A DNA stretch of 64,000 bases from Lepidodermella squamata. Lineage: Eukaryota > Animalia > Gastrotricha. The stretch's first letter is position 1. Every line of letters starts with the position of its first letter. The stretch lies in contig JBLDXI010000045.1 of the NCBI GenBank assembly GCA_047495785.1, positions 248,001 to 312,000 on the forward strand. Direction: 5' to 3'. A model generated the notes under the pieces. The model saw only the letters and a list, made by a program, of their open reading frames with translations. It did no database searches and was not told where the DNA came from. The position numbers and the translations under genes are program-made. Positions 10,114-22,193 of the stretch are shown one piece after another.

Positions 10114-13100
10114 ATGTGGCAAGAGGCTCGGAAGCATGAAAAGGCTATCCGAGGCATGATGGTTGACTACCAACGTCGCGCAGAGCGGCGAAGGGATTTT
10201 TACGAAAAAGTGGTAAGTAGCCTCGAATATTAATCAGAGTGACGGTTTATGGTTTATTTTCCAAGAAAAAAGATCCGCACAGCTTTTTGGTGGTCTACGG
10301 ATCCAGCGCGAAAATTCACATCGATCCTGATTTGGCTCAACAAGCCGAGAGTTGCATGTCTGCTCGTTGAAATTTTCAAAAATTAAACATAAAATTCACC
10401 CCATTTTATAGGATGAGTTGGCAGGGTGAAAGCATTGATCGATTCGATGGCCGATCTCAGCTGGATTTCTACCAAGAACACAAGCCTGATGGGTATTAGT
10501 ATGCAATTTTATTATAATTTCAGGCTCATTTGAATGTTTTCTAGCGATACTGAGCCTTTGACGTTGGAAGAACGGCGATTAAATTATGAACGATATCGAA
10601 TTTTGGTGCAAAATTCAAGCTCGAATCGTAAGCTTTTATTTCAAATATGCGGAAAGCGGAAAAATTAAAATCCCGTAATTTTCAGTCGAAGAATCTGAAT
10701 TTTTGAGGCAAATTGAAATCGACGAAAAAGCCAATATCGATAAGGCTAAACTGGCTGAGAGGAAGAAGAAAGCCGCCGAAGAGAAAGCGAAGCTTGCCCA
10801 ATCGAAAGCAGCAATCGGTTACACTTATGCGGATTCTACTGGCGAGGCTGCCCCTAAAAAACGCTGGGACAGCAATATTGTGAAACGAGGTCGGCGGGAG
10901 AGCGAAAGTTCAGGGGACTCAGATGATTCGGATTCAAACGATTTGGGTAATTGCTCCTAATTCTCCAAAAATTATTCTACTATTCCATCTTATTTTAAGA
11001 TGTGACTATCGATGTTGATCATTTAAGCAAAGACGATGTTGCCTACTGCAATCACGCCGCTACGTTTTACGGCCTCGGCCCTAACGATTTCACGAAATTT
11101 TTGAAAGAAGACAAACGTGAAGCTGACGAACTTGAAAAATTGAAGGAGCAAGAGGAGGAAAAAGCTCAATTTTCAGGCCGCCATTCCCGCCGAGAACGGC
11201 GTTTGTTCAAAGAGCGGAAACTCGCAGAAAGAGCCGCGGCTGGCGATTTTTCTCTCCTACCGTCTTTTGCCGTTCCGCTAGACGGCAAGGACAAAATAGA
11301 TGATGACGACGAAGATGATGATGACGATGATGACAGCTCCTCGTCGCTTTCGTCGAATAAGGAAGAGAAGATCGAGTATATAACGTCATTTGGAGACGGC
11401 GGGGCGACTCGAGATCCGTCGAATGCGGCTGAGGAAATCGTTTGCCAGGCGACCACAAGCGGTATTGAACCTGTTGTCATAGGCCCGATGCCTCCGCCTG
11501 CCGATTTCAAACCTGACGAACCAGCCCCCCGGAAGTCCGGAGACTTGAGGCGCAAGTCGTTGTTTTCTCGCTAATTTTTCTAAATTAACCAAAAATTCAA
11601 GTTTCAGGAGGTAATTTTTTCAATTTTTTGTTTCAGGAGGTCTCCAGTTTTCGTGCCGAAGAGGAAGGGATCGCCTTCAACCCTCCCAAGGGCGAAAATG
11701 AGGCCGTCGAATACAACTGGTTCGTATCGACGAGCTCGGTCGACTTCATCCTCGTCGAGATCGCCGTCAGTTCGCCGCCAGCGATCGCGGAGCCCGCAGA
11801 GGCGTGATCGAAATGACACGAGAAGCCGGCCGAGAGATGACTATGATGACGATTACGACCGTCGCGACCGGTTCCGCCGAAGCCCGGTTCGTCGCCGCAG
11901 GAGTCGCAGCGTGTCACGTGACCGGCGGCAGCGACGTTCTCTCAGCCGCGATAACAGGCGATCGCGACGGCGTTCGACGTCTTCGAGTTCTTCATCGTCG
12001 AGCAGTTCGAGCAGTTCGTCGTCGAGCAGCTCTTCAAGTTCGTCATCCGACGATCGTAGACGCCGGCCGTCTCCTCGAAGGTAACATTTAATCGAAAATC
12101 TGTCTTGATTTTCTGGGAATTCTGGATTTTTTCAGGCGTACTCGATCGAAATCACGATCTCGTTCGCCAAAACGAACGGTTAAGAAAGTAGCTGAGAAAA
12201 AGCCGTCATCGCCGCCAGTTTCGACAGCTGCTGCTAGCAACCCTAGTAACAGTTCGTTGAGTAAGCCAAAAGTCAGTAGCGGAACTTCTTATACATTTTC
12301 TTCTGATTTTTCGCGACTGAAATCGACTTCGCTATGCTGGATAAGAATTTTCATATAATCATAATTCTGGTTTATATGTGACTCAAAAATCTAGTTTCGA
12401 ACACGCTGAAATTATTCATAATATATAATCAGACTTTTGGTCTTTTGATCAGGCTTTTAAAATTTAGTGAGCCTGGTCAAAAAATCGACAAAAAAAGACT
12501 CGGCCGAAAAAGAATATAATTTATCAGTAGTGCGTAGTGCCGATATAAAAACGTGATCATCTTATCCACCAAGTGAATGCAAAACCAGGCCTGGGCATAA
12601 TTCTATCGAAATATTGGTGAAATAGACCAATTTTTCTCGCGACAATTGACTGAGCGTTCGAGAATAGGATCAAATTCACTACCGTAATGGGTCCTAACTT
12701 TGGACAAAACAAGTTTTTGTGTTACTACAAATTTGGATTTAGTCGAAAAACAAAAATTGCCAAACCTTCGCCCGAGGAATCCGGATCGGCAGGTAAATTT
12801 TGGGGCATTTAGGAGCTCACCTTGATTTTCAAAAATAGGTAAAGAAACCTCCCCAGGCCCCATTTTTTCTTTAACAGTCAAATGATTTCAATATTTGCAA
12901 TTGAAGTAAACGAATGAGGCCCATGTTGTTTAAAGAGTTTTCAAATGAGTTGATAGTTTTTACAACTTTCTTAATTTTCAGCTTTCTATGCAAGAAATAA
13001 TGCGTCAACGTGTCCAGCAAGCGCTGGCTAAGCAATGTAAGTGTTTGATCTAGTCGATACATACTCGTGAGAGCTTTTAGCCACATTTCTAAACAGGCAA

Positions 13101-13489
13101 AGCCGATAAGAAGGCGGATAAGGAGAAGCGAGAGCGGCAGGCCCGCGAGGAATCTGTAAGTAATCCGCGCCGCTGATAACACGCGCAAGTCTTTATTTAC
13201 CTGATGCGTTTTGTGATTGGTCGGCTAGGAGCGGCAAGAGCAGTTGGCGAAAATGTCGCAGGAACTGCAGCGGCGTGAGGAAGAGCGTCGCCGGGCCGAG
13301 CTCGGCGAGGTGCAACTGTCGATGCCGCCGGTCTTGTACGACCGTGGCGAGGATGATGATGAGGACGATGGTGCTTCTATCGATGAGAGCGACCTGTTCT
13401 ACCCGCCGGTTCCAGCTACGGACGCCCGGCAGCGGTCCCGATCGCGATCGCCAGATGATCGGCGTAGATCGAGCCGCGAAGACAGGTGA
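10114..13489 (+). CDS. CLASRP: CLK4-associating SR-rich splicing factor (SWAP2/SFRS16); multi-exon
   Basis: Exon 1 reads MWQEARKHEKAIRGMMVDYQRRAERRRDFYEK. DRY_EERY-type motifs (IDRFDGRSQLD, EERRLNYERYR), AAIGYTY, a long RS domain, and QEIMRQRVQQALAKQ near the C-terminus. The 3' end may be spliced further at 13486. Confidence 0.9.
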
Positions 13490-14271
13490 GTTGCGATGCA
13501 AAGATAAAACCACTGGACCGTCCATCTTCGAATGTTTATTTCGAACTTTCGCTTCATTTCTTTCATTTTCGATTACGGGTGTTTTTTGTGAATAAAATGA
13601 CTCGATGAAAACGAAGTGGTTTTTTTGAAAAAATGATGAGCGTTTTTTACTTAATTTCACAGTTTGAAACCATGGGCAACCAAAATAGAAGGCAGGGAAG
13701 TTGATCGATTCGTACCTGTTGAGACTAATGATTCAGAATTTGGCTAGGTTTGAACCGGCTTCAAGTGAAAAAACCCACAAGGACTTGAAAATATGACAAC
13801 CTATTGCCTCGGATAACGGAGTTAATTGGTAAAGACATCTGCCGTGTAATAGCGCAATGAAATTTCTTCGTGAGGCCGCCCGAAAAAAAGCGATTTTTTT
13901 ACGATTATTTGTCTTCATGTGTCCGAACACAATGCTTTTTTCAACTATGCATCATCTTGTTTCAAGATTTTATATTTTGCTTTTCCTTGTGGATAGTCTC
14001 AAATATCTACGGTCTTGATGATGGAAATTCTTTGCCAACATAGATACTGCTGGCTAGTTTTTTTACGCCCAGGCTCCAAGTTGTACACCAAAGCGAGCGA
14101 TATTCATTTTTCACCCGGTTTTACCCGGTCCCGGTGTACCCGAGCCCGTGGAGGATTCCTTAACCGAAATTTTTTATAGTCAGTAGCTTAATTACTTCGA
14201 AAATTTTACGGCGCAAATGTTGCAAATGCTGCAAATCGTGTATTTCTTCACGCCGATTTCATTCTGTTTCC

Positions 14272-14301
14272 TTATCTAGTTATCTGTTATCTATATCTAT
14301 C
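14272..14301. promoter_or_regulatory. Cluster of tandem WGATAR sites upstream of the GATA gene
   Basis: TTATCT AG TTATCT G TTATCT ATATCT ATC gives three perfect AGATAA sites on the minus strand within 30 bp. Confidence 0.35.
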
Positions 14302-15376
14302 ATTTACTATGTCCCACCAACATGAAGTTGCCCACACATGCGGACAGCCATTTGTAGCACCCTACACAAATCTTGATCTTTTGCCAGGTTATTTGGATAG
14401 TTCTAAGCGCAATTTGGAACCTTCGAATCGATTATTCGCGATGAAACCTAGTGACGACGTTCAAACTTTTGCGAAACTTTATGCGAGACAAAACCAATAG
14501 GTTGGATGGCTATCAGTTGCGATCGAGAAAGCCGTCAAGGCGCATCTAGCCTATTATCTATTATTTCTCTATTTTTCTTCCCAGAACTTGCCCACTCAGC
14601 GAAAATGTTAAATGTTTTTGTTCCCTTCGTTTTATTAAAAGTTATCATCTTATGTAGCATAAATCAGCGATAAATCCCATTTAGAGGGCTCTTAAACACT
14701 TGTCAACAAGGGTGCAGCAATAATGCTGCGTCGATTGACACGAAAAGTTGTTGGCGATACGGTGTCAAGTGGTTATTAATTCTGTGCAAACTCGATTTCG
14801 ACCCGGATTACAGGCGGATAATGCGGTTCCTGGTATTAGCGCGCATAAATACCCGGTAATTTGCCATGGTTTGATGCGCATGGTTAGCTGGTATTGATAC
14901 GCGAAAATAGGTACAAGCAATAAAATAAGGAATAATTATTAGCAATAACTTCTGTAAATGCGGCGAGGTAAATTTCCCGCGGCTAAAAACACAGACCACC
15001 GGCCCACGCCTCAGCGACCACCAGCGTGTAAAACACATGATGAGTTGATATTACTATTAACGATGAAACGATGAGAAGAAGCAAGACGAGGTGCGTCTCG
15101 CAATAAACAAAAAGGCGGAGGCGCGCAGCTGGGCGCCTCGCTTACGTATTTATTTTTCAGGCGTCGAACACGGCGTCGAAGAGCGCCGTCGATCAAAACA
15201 ATCGCAGTGCGCGCGAGAAATAACGCGGCCAATTGCAAAGATGAGCCGATATTTTATTTGCCACTTTGTATCGTTTACGCTTCACCGAACCCCCGCCCGC
15301 GCAGGTCTCGGAACAAGCGCGTGCCCGTGTTTTCTCGCCGCGCTTGTTTTTGACCGATGTAATAATGATCGGGCGT

Positions 15377-15410
15377 TGTTATTATTATCATTATTATTAT
15401 TATTATTATT
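15377..15410. repeat. (TTA)n microsatellite
   Basis: ttattattatcattattattattattattatt. Similar short TTA/TAA runs recur in the spectrin 5' region and first intron. Confidence 0.7.
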
Positions 15411-16233
15411 TCCGAAATGGTAATTGGCACCACAGCCAAGGATCCACCTTAACACACATGCGCACAAAAAGCGCGCAGATTTTTCACGCACATTATAATC
15501 GAACGAATGTAAAAACAAAAATGTGAGTAGCAGGCGCACCCACCTATTACCTGTTATTTACAACAATAATAATAATTGAATAATTTTCTTATAACGAGAA
15601 CTTTATGGGTTATGAGTAATTATTGCGCAAGGCGTGTCGCCCCGTCGATGAACTATAGAATTTATTGCCCTGCGACGCCTTATCGCGCCCGGGCAATAAA
15701 ATCGGTAAACAAATTGGGTCACGTAACGCGACCGGGTTCGATCTCGGGTATTTCGTGGTAAAATTTCTTATCCTGGTCTGAGAACAGCTGTGGTTCTGTC
15801 TTCTTTGGCGGTACCGGAAGATTGGTAGCCGCGCGCGGTATCTTTTTGACCGCCTCGCGCGCTCAATATTTGTTACACGTGTCGCGGCTGGTGTGCCGAC
15901 AATAAAATTTCTTGTTTTACACCGCACATCTAGGTTGTTAAACAACGTCAAACGTGTCACGCGCGCACATCCCTCGCGCGCCTCGCCGATAAGCCGCGCA
16001 AGCATCCGAGCGCGAACCTGTTTGCCGAGCGCATTACCGGCCCCAACCCGGCTATATTATCAAATTTGCAAGTAGCGCACGTTCGCCAATTGCCGCTTCA
16101 GTCATCGATTCTTAAATAACTTTATCCGGTCTCGATTACTGCTTAAAGCTTAGTCCTTTTTCAAGCACTCTCAACGCGATCAACCAGTCACTTGTCAAGT
16201 TTTTCCACTTCACTTCAACATCATAGCAATATA

Positions 16234-17443
16234 ATGATGACTACTGCCTCGGTTCCGAGCAACTACTACTACCCGCCCAGCACTTCGACAGCGTTCAGTG
16301 CCTTCCCAACCCTGGCCGCCCCGGTCAAGACCTCGCCGAATCAGTCAGGTAAAGAAAAATCAATCAAGCGTGACGTTTTTTCAAATTCGATTTTTTTTCT
16401 CAGATGAATTTCGAACTGCAGCAGCGCCTCGTTGTCTCGGCTTCTCCCCACTCCGCCCCGCTCGTGTTGAGTCTTACGGCTCAGCAACTCGTGTCTCAAC
16501 TTCGTCGTGCCAACAGCTCATCGACAGCATCAACTACGGCGCAGCTAATTACCAGACCTTGTACTCCCAGCCCGCAGCTACCCAATCGAACTCGACACCG
16601 CTTCAGAGCTACGCCTCGCACTACGACTACGCGTGTTTCTACGGCAACCAGTCGCCTAGCGCAGCCTTCCTCTACTCGCCGACCTCGACCAACAACAACG
16701 AAATGCTGTCAGGCGTGACCATGACCACCGGCGTCTCGTGCTCGCTGTGCGGCAGCCCGGCTTGGGCTCAAGATTCGAACCTATGCGCCACGTGTTTCCT
16801 GCATCACGGCCTTTCTACGACCAACGAACCAGCCGTCAGTCAAGCGGCGCGACGACTCGATACCGGCAACAATATGCTCACCTACTCGACTTCACCCATC
16901 TCCTCGCCATCGTCCTCAACTTCGACCGGGCCGAAATCTATCTCACCGCCGTCGCATATGATGATGCCTCGAGCTGCGAAACCAGCGACTTCTTCAACTG
17001 CTCAAACCAGATCGAAAGCGGCGAAACCAACTGTGGTAGTTCAACCCGTCTCGAAACCACCGGCGCCTACCGAGCAGCAGAAATGCAAAAATTGCGGAAC
17101 GAATGAAACTACGTTGTGGCGCCGTAACAAAGAAGGTGCTCCTGGTAAGTTAATCGGAATTAATTTCATTTTCCAGATTAATAATTATTTTTTTTCTATA
17201 GTTTGCAACGCATGTGGCCTGTACTTCAAGCTTCACAAAACCGAACGGCCGTTGTCGTTGAAGAAGACGCAGATCTCGCGCCGGCAACGTCGCCATCGTC
17301 GCCCTAACGAGCCGACCGTTCTCGGAAAAACTGCCTCAGCCAACGTCGGCAATGGCTACTTCCCTTCATCTTCGACTGGCAATTCGTCTTCTCGACTCGC
17401 CACCGCCTCGGCGACTCAGCAATTACCTCGTTATTTATTCTAA
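16234..17443 (+). CDS. GATA transcription factor with one canonical zinc finger
   Basis: Exons 16234-16348, 16404-17144 and 17202-17443 splice in frame to give [51 protein letters not shown]. Confidence 0.92.
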
Positions 17444-18649
17444 TTTCTGCCAAATTTTGCATATTGTAAAAAATGCTTTGTTTGTTATTCAAAATTCATT
17501 TTTATCTAGCTTCTGTAAATCTTGAAATATTGTGTATAAAAATTGATTTGATCAATACTTGAGTGTTTCAGCGATCTTTTGTACAGTGCTTGTTAATGTT
17601 TCCTTCTGCGCGCCAAGGTATCTCTGTTTATATGTTGCATTATACAGTGGAATATTCGCATCAGTTTAACGTTTTTAAATTATGAGTCGGCATAAAATGT
17701 TATTATAATTATTTCGGACTATGATGCGGCTATCGAAATGATGGCACAGTTGACAAAAACACAAACAACTTTGGTGAAATAAACAAAAATTATACGAATT
17801 TCGAAGACTTGTTCATAGCGCTGCGAAAAATCGGTTTCATTAACGAAAAGCAATAAATGTCTGTCTATCCGGTCGGCTGATTGGCTTTAATGATGGAAAA
17901 TCAGAAATTCAGCCACTGCAGTAAAAGAAAATTTACTGATTCCCTTTGAAAAATAGCGCTTTTCAAGTGAAACAAAATAGAATTGTCCTCAATAATATAG
18001 GTCGAGTAGCTTGGCCAATTCGATATTTTACGGTATAACATTCGCAAATCGTTCATATCTGAACTCGCCGCACTCGATTTCCTCATCGCAAAACGCCTCC
18101 GGCTCGATCCGATTCGTAAATCTCGGCCGACTCCTTTCAGATTTAAACTTTTTACTCATGTCATACCATACCATATTTTTGTCACGAATCGGCGAATATA
18201 GAACCCCTAGTATCTAGTTCAACCGTTGAAACTGAGGGAAGCAACTTTCGCAACGCAATTTATCAAGAACAACAAGAACAAAAATGCTGAATTAAACAAA
18301 TACGGCCAGAATTTTGGTGGGGAAATGCACAGGCAACAGGGCAGCATTTCTAACTCAAAAATCGATCGAACGAACTAGAAACACTACTCAGAAGATTCGC
18401 AAAATCGGGCAGCACTTCGACCTTCGACCCGAAGAAATCCTGGCATGGGTTCGTACCTGTCTGCCAAAGATTGCACGGATTCGATCCATTCCCGTAAACA
18501 GGCAGTTTTAACTGCTAGCAAAGAAGCTGTAGAAAGAAGGTGCGCAAATTGACGCAAAGAAGGATTTTTTTACTCAAAGGATCGAGAGTTGTAGCATTAA
18601 TTAATTTTGTTGCTCAATTTTTATTCAACCTGGTTGCAATGATTGATTA

Positions 18650-18985
18650 ATATAGGGACATTCGATGGCCAATGGGCGATAGGAAATTTTGAATAATGGA
18701 ATAGAAAAGTCAATGACCGCGAGACCGGCCATTTCTCCTTTCTGTGATGCGAAATTAAAGTGGGCGTAAGTTGAACAGCAGAGGAGAATTTGTCAAAACT
18801 CAAAACCGAGGATATTTCCACCGGAAGAATGAATTCAAGTTAACGTCCACTAACGCAGCAGTAGGCTAAACTATGCCGTAATAGGAGTCATGAGTCATGG
18901 GTATAAGTATCGATATATTGAATATCCTCAGGCTCATGCCTTCATCGCTGTGCTCATTGCCGTATCCAATAAAAAATCATGCCTA
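18650..18985 (-). pseudogene. Decayed duplicate of the last exon of the neighbouring STELLO-like gene
   Basis: Shares CATGACTCCTATTACGGCATAGTT, CGTTAGTGGACGTT, TTGAATTCATTC..CCGGTG and TTTGACAAA with 20690-20930, but with indels and stops. Confidence 0.75.
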
Positions 18986-19792
18986 GAAACGAAAAAATGC
19001 GATCTCAATCCCAGCGATCAATACTTTGACAATTTTAAAAGTGACAATTTTCGAACTTGCGAAGCAAATATGCTCAAGATTGCTGAGGAATTGAATAAAT
19101 AAGAAATTCATCATTCACGCTTTGCTTCCTTGGCCAGAAGTCTTCAGAACTTCAGAAATATTTCGAAACTCGAAATTCAGCATGTTGCCTTTTGAATCTT
19201 GGGCGACGGTCAAAGGCCAGTTGTGTGCTACTGAACGCCTTTCATCTCCAAGAAAAGCTGGGCAATAGTTCTCGTTGCAGTAAAGTTGGCACTCATGCTC
19301 AAATTAACTGGTCAGTTTTCGGTCATCTGTTGAAAACCAGTTGACAGATATTGCGATGAATCGCGGGAAAGTGTCCTGATGTAACTTCCTGTACTTCGTT
19401 GCTGCTACTTATACAAAAACACAGACGGCATGCCGGTCTAACTGGATATTTTCAAATAATGTTTACTCATGATTTATTCACTAATTCACATGATTTATTT
19501 GATCAGCTGATTCCCTTTCTACGTACTGCAATAAGGAGAAGTTTTTCATTTAATATTTTCTTGTCATGACTGCTCAGTCATTGACCTGAATAAAATGCCC
19601 GTGAGGCATTGGGGAGAAATCCCGATCGAAAACCGCACTAGTAAAAGGCGCCAAACTTAGCATGTGGTTAGCTTTTCGCAGCTCCAAACTCTTAGAAGTG
19701 AACTTTAATTATCGGTTTACATCTAAAAACTATACCGAGTGCTCCGGTAATACCCATGATCATTTCATGTCACTAACATTAATAGCCGGGAT

Positions 19793-20510
19793 CAGGGCCG
19801 GATTAACATTCGGGTGGCCCCTGGGCACTTTCTGGTTGGCGGCTCTTCTCTTCATATGTTTCCACTAAATATGTTTTCATACCTGAAGCCATGATCAAAG
19901 TCAATTTTCTCAATTTCCTGATTCATTAAACAATAATTCCTTCTCAAATTTAATTTTGCTTTGGTATTTTGTTGCTACGGGCCACCTAGTATTCTACATC
20001 ATAGCTGGAGTTGGCGTTAATAAGTGCTTTCCATTTTCCAACAAAATAACCGCAAATTGGAACATTGTCCCATTACCACGAGCGAAGCGAGAAATTTTCC
20101 AGGAATATTCCTTAAAATCGTTTTTCTTATGCAGAAAATCCTTGCTTTCCCGTTTCATCCTGATAGAGTAAACTCGGAAAAAATTGAGGCAAGAGGATTG
20201 AACTCTCATTCATTTTACATTCAAACCCCTAAATGAGTTTACGATTGTTCGAAATGAATTGCATAGGGGTAGTACTGATAAATAAAGTGAACAAAAGTTG
20301 ACGAACTAGCGAGCGAAGCGAGCAAAAGTTTAGCAAAATAAAAGAAAATAGGTTGATCCGGATGCTTGGAAAGTCTCTCAATTGCAAAGCATAACGACCT
20401 AATAAAGGCCCAACAATCTTCCGGGAATGTTTAGTAAAAGCAAATATTTCACCACTTTCTGGCGGCCCCTGGGCACGTGCCCTCTGTGCATATGCGTTAA
20501 TCCGGCCCTG
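19793..20510. mobile_element. Non-autonomous hAT-type DNA transposon (MITE), 718 bp
   Basis: Perfect 15-bp TIRs CAGGGCCGGATTAAC / GTTAATCCGGCCCTG. Perfect 8-bp TSD GCCGGGAT at 19785-19792 and 20511-20518. Subterminal GGCCCCTGGGCAC repeats and internal CGAGCGAAGCGAG motifs. No transposase. Confidence 0.92.
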
Positions 20511-20555
20511 GCCGGGATAATAAGAAAATGAATTGCGAACGACAATGCTTTGCGG

Positions 20556-22082
20556 TTATATTAATCTTTTTTCCAAGACACGTGAATAATGTTCTGCCAA
20601 GAAAACGACATTGCAAAAAACACACGCAGTTGATGTTGAATCCATCTCTATGTTTTGATTATGGGAATTCGTCGAAAATAAAGTAGACTTCAACTTTGTT
20701 GACGGCGGGCGTATGTTGGAGAGGCGAGGGGAGTTTGTCAAAACTGAGGACATTTTCACCGGGTGAATGAATTCAAGCGACGGTGAGTAAACGTCCACTA
20801 ACGGATTTCCACGAACTATGCCGTAATAGGAGTCATGGGCATACGGATCGATGTACTGAATATCATCAGGGTCGGTCAGAACTTTCATTGCTGTGCCGAC
20901 CGCTGTCTCCAACCAAACCCCATGCCTAGGATATGAAAACGTGGACGGATGTTAACGCATGTCATCAGCAACCTCGTAAATTGTAAAACTTACTCGGCAA
21001 AAAGATTCAGAATCGGCAAGAATTCCTTCACGTACTTCCTCGTAATATAATAAGCATCTGCGGCTGCAGTCCCTCCAAGCAACCGTCGCGGGCCACCGCC
21101 TTCCTTTAGCAGATATTCATGTACTTTTTGCCAGTATGATATGGGTGCTCCGTAATATTCCTGCTCTCTGCCGTTAACTTTCAAAGGTGAGGATGAGACA
21201 ATCTGTTCGAGCTCGTCATAAAATAGACCGGTAACATTGGCATAAATCATGCTCCAAGCCCATTCGCGAATACCTGGCGCACAATCTTCTGCATTGATTG
21301 AAGTCTGACCATCGCAGAAGTGACCCTAAAAAATAACAAATTCAACATAAAATCGCAACTTATTACAATTTACTGAGCATCACCGTATCGGCGTCAAAAA
21401 ATTGCAAAGGTTCAGCCATTAGAAACCAGTTTTTCGACAGCGTTTTTCCGAAGACGCCTGCGCTCCAAAAGTTTAAAACCGCATCGTCAGACAATACTAA
21501 TACACCGTCGTATCGGCTGAAATCGCCAACTGCTTTAAGAGCTAATGGTAAACAATGGTAATTGGTAGCTCCTGCGTGAACGGAAGCTTTTGCAGAGTAG
21601 TTCACATACAGCGTGCTTTGGGGAATTGCATACATGGGGAATTCATCATTTGTCCCTCGTTTCCTCGGCCAGAAATCTTCAGGTGGATCAGAAGCACAAT
21701 AAACAATGTCAGCAAAGTTTCGCCGATATATCGCGTCGAGTTTGGCTGCAGTTTCGAAATGCGGAATGTTGTAAGAGATGATGAGCAAAACATTTCGAAA
21801 GTCAATTAAGCTCTTCGAGTCTTCGGCTAGTGTCACTGGCCAGTCATGTCCCCCCGAATCAGTTGCATTTGCAAGAACAGTTGCGCAGTCATTCTCTATC
21901 CAATACAGGCGGCACTCTTGCTCGAAGTACGAGCTATGTCCGGCATTTGAATGAACATAAAATGATGCAGTTTTGTTTTCGGCAGAAAACCAGCACACAA
22001 TAGTTACTACGATCAAGGAAAACACAATAAATCCGATTGGCCGTGAGCGAAAAATTCCGCTTTTGACGGCAGGTAGTGCCAT
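20556..22082 (-). CDS. Type II membrane putative glycosyltransferase resembling the C-terminal half of STELLO/DUF288 proteins; 3 exons
   Basis: N-terminal TM anchor, FRNVLLIISYN..LDAIYRRNFADIVYC, YHCL, YDGVLVLSDDAVLNFW, ADAYYI, LETAVGT and FIHPVKMS. Confidence 0.7.
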
Positions 22083-22193
22083 CACACTTGGTTCAGCAAA
22101 TACGATATAGCGCTCTCGTAAGGAAGTATCCGGCAGTTGACTTTTTCGCTTTATTTAAGCAAGCGATTTCATGTTGTTTGCTCAGGCTTTATT

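Noticed and set aside
12325-12580. Weak inverted similarity (TGGATAAGA / TCTTATCCA) in the long CLASRP intron
   Set aside because: Too short and degenerate, with no TSD, to call a MITE.
13632-13737. ATGATGA downstream of CLASRP as a possible C/D snoRNA
   Set aside because: No well-placed D box, terminal stem or rRNA complementarity found.
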